Source: Geotalea daltonii FRC-32 (GTDB taxonomy: Bacteria; Desulfobacterota; Desulfuromonadia; Geobacterales; Geobacteraceae). From it: 32,000 nucleotides of DNA. The position numbers and the translations under genes are program-made. The notes beneath the pieces were generated by a model. That model was not told the DNA's origin. It made no database searches and saw nothing but the letters and a program-made list of their open reading frames with translations. Positions 26,035 to 32,000 of this stretch are shown here, piece by piece. The stretch is taken from NCBI RefSeq assembly GCF_000022265.1, contig NC_011979.1, positions 630,001 to 662,000 of the forward strand, written 5' to 3'. Position 1 is the first letter of the stretch. Each line of letters opens with the position of its first letter.

Positions 26035-26937
26035 ATGCATATGATTGAAGCGGTTGAAACTATTCAGAATCAACCGGCAATAGACTATAATGTACCGGTA
26101 AACATTGTTACGGGAGACGTGCGTCAACGCCTGTCCGAGCTTCCCGAAAAAATGTTCCGTTGCTGTGTTACCAGTCCACCGTATTGGGGCCTTCGCGACT
26201 ACGGAGCCGAAGATCAAATCGGCTCTGAGATGACAGTTGAAGAATACATAAGTGACCTGACAGCTGTATTCCGCGAAGTTCGAAGGGTTCTGGCCGATGA
26301 TGGCACCTTTTGGCTCAATATTGGAGATTCATACACAAGTGGTAACCGGACTTGGCGTGATCCTGATAAAAAAAATCCTGCTAGGGGCATGACATATCGT
26401 GCACCAACCCCAGAGGGTTTGAAGCCGAAAGATTTAATCGGCATCCCCTGGAAACTCGCATTTGCGTTGCAATTAGATGGCTGGTATCTCCGGTCTGACA
26501 TTATCTGGAATAAACCAAACTGCCAACCAGAGTCTGTCAAAGACCGCCCCACTCGGTCACATGAATATGTGTTTTTGTTGACGAAATCCGAAAAGTACTT
26601 TTACAATTGGGAAGCTGTTCGGGAGCCTGCAAAAACAACAAAGCATTATCGGAGCAAACGGACGGTATGGGATATCAATACTGAACCCTTCAGTGAGGCT
26701 CATTTTGCGGTATTTCCGCCTGGACTCGTTGAACCCTGCTTGATGGCTGGCTCAGAGCCTGGCGATTTTATTCTGGACCCATTTTTTGGGTCAGGGACTG
26801 TCGGGGTGGTGTGCTTGAGGTTAGGAAGGAAGTGCGTTGGTGTTGAACTGAAACCAGAATATGTCGAAATTGCAAAAAAACGACTTCAGCCTGAAGCTAA
26901 TCTATTCCTACCACAAGAAGTAATAAGAGTAGCTTAA
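26035..26937 (+). CDS. Type II DNA methyltransferase, beta-class amino-MTase (SPPY motif, probably N4-cytosine)
   Basis: Motif IV (CCVTSPPYWGLRDYG) precedes motif I (ILDPFFGSGTVGVV). AAGGA RBS. Confidence 0.85.
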   Translation: MHMIEAVETIQNQPAIDYNVPVNIVTGDVRQRLSELPEKMFRCCVTSPPYWGLRDYGAEDQIGSEMTVEEYISDLTAVFREVRRVLADDGTFWLNIGDSYTSGNRTWRDPDKKNPARGMTYRAPTPEGLKPKDLIGIPWKLAFALQLDGWYLRSDIIWNKPNCQPESVKDRPTRSHEYVFLLTKSEKYFYNWEAVREPAKTTKHYRSKRTVWDINTEPFSEAHFAVFPPGLVEPCLMAGSEPGDFILDPFFGSGTVGVVCLRLGRKCVGVELKPEYVEIAKKRLQPEANLFLPQEVIRVA

Positions 26938-27683
26938 CAAGCGAACTTCCATTCGCCATGGACTGTACACAAGCCTTTGCGTAAGTTTTTGATTTGCAAT
27001 TTTCTCTCGCCGCCACCGTCGAAGTATAATTCAAAGACTAATTCTCCATCCTCGAAGACTCGACAGTAACCTGGTTTTGGAAATTGGGTGCTGTCGTTGC
27101 ACATTTCAAAGCTGCCATTTGCGGCTTTTTGCAACAAAGACTTTGGTATTTCAACTAATTCGTAATGCCAATCTTTTGGTGTCCGAGACAAAGTGCGTAG
27201 AGTGAAAATCCGCTGGTAGGCAGCCATATGCCTAAAAAAGCTATCTCGTAATCCATGCAAATCCTCAACCTTATCTCCCCAAACACCTTTACCAAGTTCC
27301 ATGAACTTCGATATATGGACTTTGTCCACCTTCAGGCTCCGGTCTGCTTGCGTCTTTAGGGACACCGGTATGCCCATTATAGTGATATCATGTCCTGGAT
27401 TGCACTTATCTGCCAGCTTGGCAGAAACCCCACACCGACTTAAGGCTTGCTCCATGGCGTATTCAAATTTATCCTTGCTAAATGCATCCTTGGATAAGCA
27501 ATGGTGAATGCGCAAGATGTCCCCAAACGCCTCAAGAAAATCTTCTGAAACGATATCAGAAACAGGATTCCTCCAATATGTGCCAGGTGTTGTCAACCTG
27601 CATGCAATACTTTGAATGCACTCAATTTGCTGCTGGGAAAGTCCAGGAAGAGCACTGGAGAGAGTGTTAAGGCAGATTGGCAT
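26934..27683 (-). CDS. Probable type II restriction endonuclease, partner of the SPPY methyltransferase
   Basis: 249 aa, convergent with the MTase with a 4-nt overlap at the 3' ends. Possible PD…SxK nuclease core (NPGHDITIMGIPVSLKTQ). Has its own strong promoter. Assignment is by context only. Confidence 0.5.
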   Translation of the reverse strand: MPICLNTLSSALPGLSQQQIECIQSIACRLTTPGTYWRNPVSDIVSEDFLEAFGDILRIHHCLSKDAFSKDKFEYAMEQALSRCGVSAKLADKCNPGHDITIMGIPVSLKTQADRSLKVDKVHISKFMELGKGVWGDKVEDLHGLRDSFFRHMAAYQRIFTLRTLSRTPKDWHYELVEIPKSLLQKAANGSFEMCNDSTQFPKPGYCRVFEDGELVFELYFDGGGERKLQIKNLRKGLCTVHGEWKFAC

Positions 27684-27713
27684 ATGCTTCTCCCATCAAT
27701 ACAAATGATGCGG

Positions 27714-27742
27714 AGTATACGCCGCCATAGAGTTCTTGTCAA
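27714..27742 (-). promoter_or_regulatory. Sigma70-type promoter of the putative REase gene (TTGACA-17-TATACT on the minus strand)
   Basis: The -35 box is at 27737-27742 and the -10 box at 27714-27719, about 30 nt upstream of the ATG at 27683. Confidence 0.6.
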
Positions 27743-27801
27743 CCTACTGAATTGTGGGACATTTTTCCTGTCGAACAGTTTTTGCGCCGATAATATAAGC
27801 A

Positions 27802-27830
27802 TTGACAAGAGGCAAAAAGCACATTAAACT
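27802..27830 (+). promoter_or_regulatory. Sigma70-type promoter of the XRE-ImmA operon (TTGACA-17-TAAACT)
   Basis: The -35 box is at 27802-27807 and the -10 box at 27825-27830. It is divergent from the REase promoter. Confidence 0.6.
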
Positions 27831-27855
27831 AATCAGCTAATTAGCGTACTAGCAG
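27829..27855. promoter_or_regulatory. Operator-like box A (CTAATCAGCTAATTAGCGTACTAGCAG)
   Basis: Contains the perfect palindrome GCTAATTAGC (27836-27845) and an ATCAGC half-site (27832-27837). It overlaps the -10/+1 of the XRE promoter. 17/20 identical to box B. Confidence 0.5.
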
Positions 27856-27866
27856 TTTGGGGGTTA

Positions 27867-28181
27867 ATGCGGATGCAGTCAAAAAATGTCAGCTTTGGAA
27901 CTTATATAGCCGAAGTACGCAAGGCAAAGACGATGAGTCAGAAGGAAGTTGCTGCAAAGCTGGATATTTCCCCGCAATACCTGAACGATATTGAACATGA
28001 TAAACGGTCCCCATCCTCTCCGCAGCTTATTGATCTTCTTGCTACTACACTTGAAATAAGTGCTGATTATTTGTCATATTTGGCTGGTAGAATCCCTGAA
28101 GAAGTCAAGGAGAGAAAACTTGACCCAGTCACCTTCGAAAAAGCCATGGTTGCATTTCGTAAAGCAACGGAGAAAAAGTAG
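27867..28181 (+). CDS. XRE-family helix-turn-helix transcriptional regulator (CapH/ImmR-like)
   Basis: 104 aa. HTH_3 pattern: FGTYIAEVRKAKTMSQKEVAAKLDISPQYLNDIEHDKRSPS. Confidence 0.85.
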   Translation: MRMQSKNVSFGTYIAEVRKAKTMSQKEVAAKLDISPQYLNDIEHDKRSPSSPQLIDLLATTLEISADYLSYLAGRIPEEVKERKLDPVTFEKAMVAFRKATEKK

Positions 28182-28183
28182 CC

Positions 28184-28873
28184 ATGCCGAAAATGGTTCG
28201 CGACATAACTGGTAAGTTCAATCAACGGCCACATTACGAACCGCGCGAACTTGATATGGAATGTGAGAAAATTATCTGTGATTTTCTCCGCACCCTTTAC
28301 GGCCAAGTCTCATTTCCTGTCTCAACCGATGATCTAACCAAACTCGTTGAAAAATTTGCATCTTCCTTCGATCAGTACGCTGATCTTTCAGAATATGGTG
28401 CTAACGTTGATGGCCTCACCGAGTTTTACGCGAAGGGAAAGCCGAAAGTTTCGGTTGCGGCAAGGCTTTCCGAATCTTCTACATACGAGAATCGGTTCAG
28501 GACAACCATGACGCATGAACTGTTTCACGCAATTTTCCATGACTATCTCTATAAAATGGAACTGGTTTCTCCAGCGTCAAAGAATGGTGCCTTGCAAATT
28601 TGCAAGCGTGACGACATCATGTCCAAGTCAAAAGCCTCCGGTGCCACCGACTGGATGGAGTGGCAAGCGGGTTATGCTTGTGGAGCGTTCTTGATGCCTG
28701 CCTCTTTTCTTAAAAAGACCGTTGAGGCATACTGCACCGTGGCGAACGTGACAAACCCGATAAGTCAATCAAATCCTCGAAGCGATGAACTCATTGAAGC
28801 GGTTATGTCCGCTTTTCAGGTCTCAAAAGACGCTGCACGGGTCCGGTTGTTGGTTACAAACCACCTGCAATAA
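28184..28873 (+). CDS. ImmA/IrrE-family zinc metallopeptidase (CapP-like)
   Basis: 229 aa. HEXXH motif (MTHELFHAIFH) with downstream EWQAGYACGAFLMP, which resembles the ImmA/IrrE third-ligand region. Starts 3 nt after the XRE gene stop. Confidence 0.7.
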   Translation: MPKMVRDITGKFNQRPHYEPRELDMECEKIICDFLRTLYGQVSFPVSTDDLTKLVEKFASSFDQYADLSEYGANVDGLTEFYAKGKPKVSVAARLSESSTYENRFRTTMTHELFHAIFHDYLYKMELVSPASKNGALQICKRDDIMSKSKASGATDWMEWQAGYACGAFLMPASFLKKTVEAYCTVANVTNPISQSNPRSDELIEAVMSAFQVSKDAARVRLLVTNHLQ

Positions 28874-28886
28874 CAACTGCTTAAAA

Positions 28887-28915
28887 AGCGAGAAAAAATA
28901 TTCTTGCTTTTTTTG
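28887..28915 (+). terminator. Rho-independent terminator after the XRE-ImmA operon
   Basis: AGCGAGAA-AAAATA-TTCTTGCT (8 bp, one G-U pair) followed by TTTTTTGTT. Confidence 0.55.
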
Positions 28916-28924
28916 TTCTCCTCA

Positions 28925-28949
28925 GATACGCTGATTAGCGTATCAGCAG
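28925..28949. promoter_or_regulatory. Operator-like box B upstream of the Ubl operon
   Basis: Two interleaved inverted repeats: GATACGCT/AGCGTATC (28925-32 and 28937-44) and GCTGAT-N6-ATCAGC (28930-35 and 28942-47). The 20-mer at 28930-28949 matches box A at 17/20. It lies 32 nt upstream of the Ubl ATG. Confidence 0.5.
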
Positions 28950-28980
28950 ATACACAAATTTCCCGAAGGAGAACAAACCG

Positions 28981-29238
28981 ATGGAGCGAGAAAAGGATCA
29001 GCAGCACGACGACCACGGCAAGGAGAATGTAACCATCACGATTGACGATAATCCGTGGACGGTACACCGAGGGCACCATACCGTTGCAGAGCTTAAGACG
29101 CTGGCGGGAGTCCCTCTAGCCTATGACCTCGACAGGGTAATCGACGGCAAGTTTGAGCCATTGCCCGACGATGGGGGTGTCACCATCAAAGGAGGCGAAA
29201 TCTTCATCAGCCACGTAAAAGACGGCTCGTCGTCCTGA
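28981..29238 (+). CDS. Single-domain beta-grasp ubiquitin-like protein ('Multiubiquitin'-family, BilA-like)
   Basis: 85 aa. VTITIDDNPWTVHRGHHTVAELKTLAGVPLAYDLDRVIDGKFEPLPDDGGVTIKGGEIF fits the bacterial Multiubiquitin-domain pattern. AGGAG RBS. It is the first gene of an E2-JAB-E1 operon. Confidence 0.65.
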   Translation: MEREKDQQHDDHGKENVTITIDDNPWTVHRGHHTVAELKTLAGVPLAYDLDRVIDGKFEPLPDDGGVTIKGGEIFISHVKDGSSS

Positions 29239-29250
29239 AGGAGGCTCCAC

Positions 29251-29595
29251 ATGGATTTTCCACAGGAACAAATCGATGAAATGAAGGCAACGTTTCCCGG
29301 TATCAGCCACTCAGAGGAAGGCGGATTCGATTTCTTCTTCATACCGGGACTGAAACTGCCGTCGTCCTGTTCGCCGGAATCAGTTGACGTTCTTTTCTGC
29401 CCGAACCAGCGAGGAGGGTATAACTCGCGTTTGTACTTTGCTTCAATGGTCCAGTCCGGAAAGGCCCTTAATTGGAACGGTCAGAACGAATTCATCCTGG
29501 GCCGTCGGTGGTTTGCCTTTTCATGGCAGTTGCCACCCGCAGAAAGACGTCTTTCGCAGATGGTTGCGCTACACCTGAGAGGATTAATATGCTGA
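29251..29595 (+). CDS. Prokaryotic E2-like ubiquitin-conjugating protein (Prok-E2_E type, BilB-like)
   Basis: 114 aa. AAGGAGG RBS. Candidate catalytic Cys in VDVLFCPNQRGGYNSRLYF. The position between Ubl and JAB is as in Bil/ISG15-like operons. Confidence 0.55.
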   Translation: MDFPQEQIDEMKATFPGISHSEEGGFDFFFIPGLKLPSSCSPESVDVLFCPNQRGGYNSRLYFASMVQSGKALNWNGQNEFILGRRWFAFSWQLPPAERRLSQMVALHLRGLIC

Positions 29596-30110
29596 TTCAC
29601 GTCAAGATGACCAGGCATGTTTACGAGAAAATGCGGGCGGACCTGAACCGCCCGCATGATTTCGCCTACGAACGAGTGGGATTCATCTTTGCCCGGAAAG
29701 ACACCGCCGACAAAGACGCAATCCTGCTTCTTGCGACGGAATATTACCCCGTGCCGGATGTTCATTACATCGATGACCCGAAAGTCGGGGCAAAGATCAA
29801 CTCTTCGGCAATCCGCAGCGTTATGGAAAGAGCTTACTCCTCAAAAGAGTGTATATTGCACGTCCATCAACATGACCATTCGGGCGCGCCGCGCTTTAGC
29901 CGGCTTGATCGGCTGGAATACAACAAGATGATACCGTCTTTCCACAATATCGGAGGGGGAGCAATTCACGGTGCTCTGGTGTTCAGTCTGGACAATGCCG
30001 TTGGCTTAGTCTGGACATCAAAACACGATTCGCCCGAACCGGTCAGAAAACTAACCATTGTCGGCTATCCCATAGAGACGCTAAAGCCGGGGGCAGGATT
30101 ATATGTGTGA
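29589..30110 (+). CDS. JAB/MPN (JAMM) metallopeptidase, Prok-JAB type (BilC-like deconjugating/processing peptidase)
   Basis: Start set at MLIHVKM (ATG at 29589), overlapping the E2 stop. Conserved Glu (AYERVGFIF) and a JAMM-like HVHQHDHSGAPRFSRLD. Confidence 0.7.
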   Translation: MLIHVKMTRHVYEKMRADLNRPHDFAYERVGFIFARKDTADKDAILLLATEYYPVPDVHYIDDPKVGAKINSSAIRSVMERAYSSKECILHVHQHDHSGAPRFSRLDRLEYNKMIPSFHNIGGGAIHGALVFSLDNAVGLVWTSKHDSPEPVRKLTIVGYPIETLKPGAGLYV

Positions 30111-30909
30111 CGACAGATACGACAGGCAGTCCTTTTTGGGAGAGAATTCACAGGCTAAGATTGCAGCATGTACCGTCGGGATCATTGGCCTTGGTGGTGG
30201 CGGGTCGCATGTAGCCCAACAGCTTGCGCATGTGGGATTTCAGAAATATGTTCTGTATGACCCGGACATGCCGGAAGACTCGAACCTCAATCGGCTAATT
30301 GGCGCAACGGTTAGGGACGTAAAAAATAAAGTTCCAAAGGTCCAAATCGCCAGAAGGGTCATACGCGGACTACAGCCGAGGGCTAAAATCCAAATGATAA
30401 GGGAGCGCTGGCAAGACAACCCACTCCCGCTCGGGAACTGTGACATCATTGTCGGTTGTGTGGATGGATATAAAGGGCGACATGAGTTGGAAACTTTTTC
30501 CCGCCGCCACCTCATGCCGTACATCGACATCGGAATTGATGTGGTTCAGGTTGATCCCCAACCGCCAGTCTTAAGCGGTCAGGTGATTGCATCTCTTCCC
30601 GGTGGTCCGTGTATGTGGTGCTTGGGTTTCTTAACGGAAAAGAAACTCGCCGCCGAAGCGAAAAAGTATGGCGACGCGGGGCACAATCCGCAGGTGGTTT
30701 GGGCGAATGGGGTGGTTGCCTCTGCCGCAGTTGGTATTGCGGTCGATTTAGTGACGGGGTGGACTGGATCGGCTCAAGATGTTGTTTACTTGTCGTATGA
30801 GGGCAATTCAGGATTGGTGCTACCGCACAAGCGATTGACTGTCGTGGATAGGTCATGTCAGCATTTCCCGCATGATCAGGTGGGAGAGGCAAGGTTTATT
30901 CCACTGTAG
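30103..30909 (+). CDS. ThiF/MoeB-family E1-like adenylating enzyme (BilD-like)
   Basis: RYDRQ, Rossmann IIGLGGGGSHVAQQLAHVG, YDPDMPEDSNLNRL, and a Cys pair GGPCMWC. It overlaps the JAB stop by 8 nt. Confidence 0.85.
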   Translation: MCDDRYDRQSFLGENSQAKIAACTVGIIGLGGGGSHVAQQLAHVGFQKYVLYDPDMPEDSNLNRLIGATVRDVKNKVPKVQIARRVIRGLQPRAKIQMIRERWQDNPLPLGNCDIIVGCVDGYKGRHELETFSRRHLMPYIDIGIDVVQVDPQPPVLSGQVIASLPGGPCMWCLGFLTEKKLAAEAKKYGDAGHNPQVVWANGVVASAAVGIAVDLVTGWTGSAQDVVYLSYEGNSGLVLPHKRLTVVDRSCQHFPHDQVGEARFIPL

Positions 30910-31585
30910 CCATCGAATACTCAACATTGCCTAACAGGTAGGCATAACTGATCTTACCTTTCTTTGAGTCTATCCTTTCTTGGACGATTGCTTTGTCGAT
31001 GCCGATAATCATACCCTTTCTGATCTTTCCCCCCTGTAGGATGGCCCAATAATAGATATCTTCATATAATTTGGTTCTGGATATTTCCAAATCGCTCTTG
31101 GCAAGTGCCTCAAGCATCTTTTCAACAGCGTAATTCTTCTTTACATACCGTTTTAGGGCAACCAATCTTTTCAGAAAATCGTCCTCTCTCTTGATGCGCC
31201 TATTAACTGTCTCAAGCTGGCGATTTGTATACCTCGTCAGGTCAATGCCAGTACGCTTTTTAACCTGTGCATCTGAACCATAAGACAGTCTTTGGTAGAA
31301 TATATTCCTGGCCTGCGATAATTCATCCTTCGCTAGGTAAAACTCTGGCGATAACTTGTTAATATAATTAAATAACTTCATTGAGTAATGCAGCATGCGG
31401 CATTCGTTTATGTCGTACTCATATGCCCGAGAACATAACAGTGCGAGTAGTGGCCTCCAGTACATGGGGTCAGAATTGGTCTTGATTATTTCGAACGTAA
31501 TGTAAAACCATTGTCGCCTGAGGCTTGGTTCCGCAGCGCTCAACTCCTCTTTCGTCATATTGTCGTGGTTCATGACTATGGTCAT
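30896..31585 (-). CDS. Hypothetical 229-aa protein, translationally coupled to the serine recombinase
   Basis: ATGA start/stop overlap with the recombinase at 31582-31585. No recognisable motif. The 3' end overlaps the E1 gene by 14 nt, convergently. Confidence 0.5.
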   Translation of the reverse strand: MTIVMNHDNMTKEELSAAEPSLRRQWFYITFEIIKTNSDPMYWRPLLALLCSRAYEYDINECRMLHYSMKLFNYINKLSPEFYLAKDELSQARNIFYQRLSYGSDAQVKKRTGIDLTRYTNRQLETVNRRIKREDDFLKRLVALKRYVKKNYAVEKMLEALAKSDLEISRTKLYEDIYYWAILQGGKIRKGMIIGIDKAIVQERIDSKKGKISYAYLLGNVEYSMATVE

Positions 31586-32000
31586 GATGCTCTTCCAATG
31601 TCGTGGTCACGCAACTTGCGCGAATGGATAAAGTTGTAGACTGTCCCCCGTGAGACTTCAAAGATTTTTGAAATTGACGCCATCGAAACCTTTTTACGTA
31701 GCAACTCCCTGATCTGCTCCTCTACCCCATCCAGCTTGCTTGCGCTTGTCCGGCCTTTCGGCCTGCCAATTTTCACCCCTGCCGCTTTCTTTGCCTCCAG
31801 TGCTCTTTTTGTTCGCTCAGATATTAAATCCCTTTCCAGTTCAGCGAACAGCGAAAATAACGTGACCATGACCTTGCTTTGGACATTCCCGTTGCCACTC
31901 ACCGTCATGTTCTGTTTGATAGCTATGAGCGCCACCCCCATTTCCGTCAACTGCTTAACAATGTTCAGTACCTCAACGGTGCTTCTGCCGATCCGTGAAA
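31582..32000 (-). CDS. Serine recombinase (resolvase/invertase family), C-terminal part; the 5' end is beyond the window
   Basis: Hand extension of the frame to the window edge gives …SRIGRSTVEVLNIVKQLTEMGVALIAIKQNMTVSGNGNVQSKVMVTLFSLFAELERDLISERTKRALEAKKAAGVKIGRPK… plus a C-terminal HTH (ISKIFEVSRGTVYNFI). Confidence 0.85.
   Translation of the reverse strand, partial: SRIGRSTVEVLNIVKQLTEMGVALIAIKQNMTVSGNGNVQSKVMVTLFSLFAELERDLISERTKRALEAKKAAGVKIGRPKGRTSASKLDGVEEQIRELLRKKVSMASISKIFEVSRGTVYNFIHSRKLRDHDIGRAS

Larger units (their letters stand above)
22621..32000. mobile_element. AT-rich, compositionally mosaic genomic (defence) island; the right end is beyond the window
   Basis: There is a sharp GC drop at about 22,620 inside radC. 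The cargo consists of defence-type genes (HD/CDA operon, Nuc, RM, XRE-ImmA, Ubl-E2-JAB-E1), with a serine recombinase at the right edge. Confidence 0.7.

Noticed and set aside
1-32000. CRISPR arrays, tRNA/rRNA genes and tandem repeats.
   Set aside because: I saw no regularly spaced direct repeats, no cloverleaf-like GC-rich 75-nt blocks in the intergenic regions, and no rRNA-like sequence while reading both strands.

Overview
All calls come from reading the sequence and the ORF track and recognising motifs; no homology search was run. The window has two very different parts.

**Part 1, about 1-22,620: GC-rich core chromosome.** A hand-counted 60-nt sample at 17041-17100 is 39/60 G+C. Gene content suggests a Geobacter/Desulfuromonadales-like bacterium, which is inference only. 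Genes lie almost entirely on the minus strand:
- a chemotaxis module: partial MCP-like sensor, cheW, and cheR fused to a degenerate receiver and TPR repeats
- glnS, ispF, ispD, selA
- an autoregulated GntR/FCD regulator, divergent from an RCK-type K+ channel plus a TIM-barrel isomerase
- an SGNH hydrolase, an O-methyltransferase and a NUDIX hydrolase
- a MacB/FtsX-type ABC exporter operon
- lon
- a zinc-ribbon-DUF898 / M48 peptidase pair
- two structured, repeat-like intergenic elements

**Part 2, about 22,620 to the window end: AT-rich, compositionally mosaic island.** Hand samples give 20/60 G+C at 24121-24180 and 30/60 at 30121-30180. The break falls inside a radC gene that keeps only its 3' third. 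The island carries:
- (a) A tightly packed four-gene operon: SAMHD1/YwfO-type HD phosphohydrolase, a YwgA/Panacea-like protein, a cytidine deaminase and a 93-aa orphan. I consider this the best candidate for an undescribed nucleotide-depletion defence system.
- (b) A secreted PLD/Nuc nuclease.
- (c) A convergent type II RM pair with an SPPY, probably m4C, methyltransferase.
- (d) An XRE-HTH plus ImmA/IrrE-metallopeptidase pair, CapH/CapP-like. Its promoter carries a 20-bp box repeated 17/20 in front of the next operon.
- (e) A minimal ubiquitin-like / E2 / JAB / E1 operon, Bil (ISG15-like) type.
- (f) An orphan 229-aa gene coupled to a serine recombinase that runs off the window.

No rRNA, tRNA or CRISPR array was seen.
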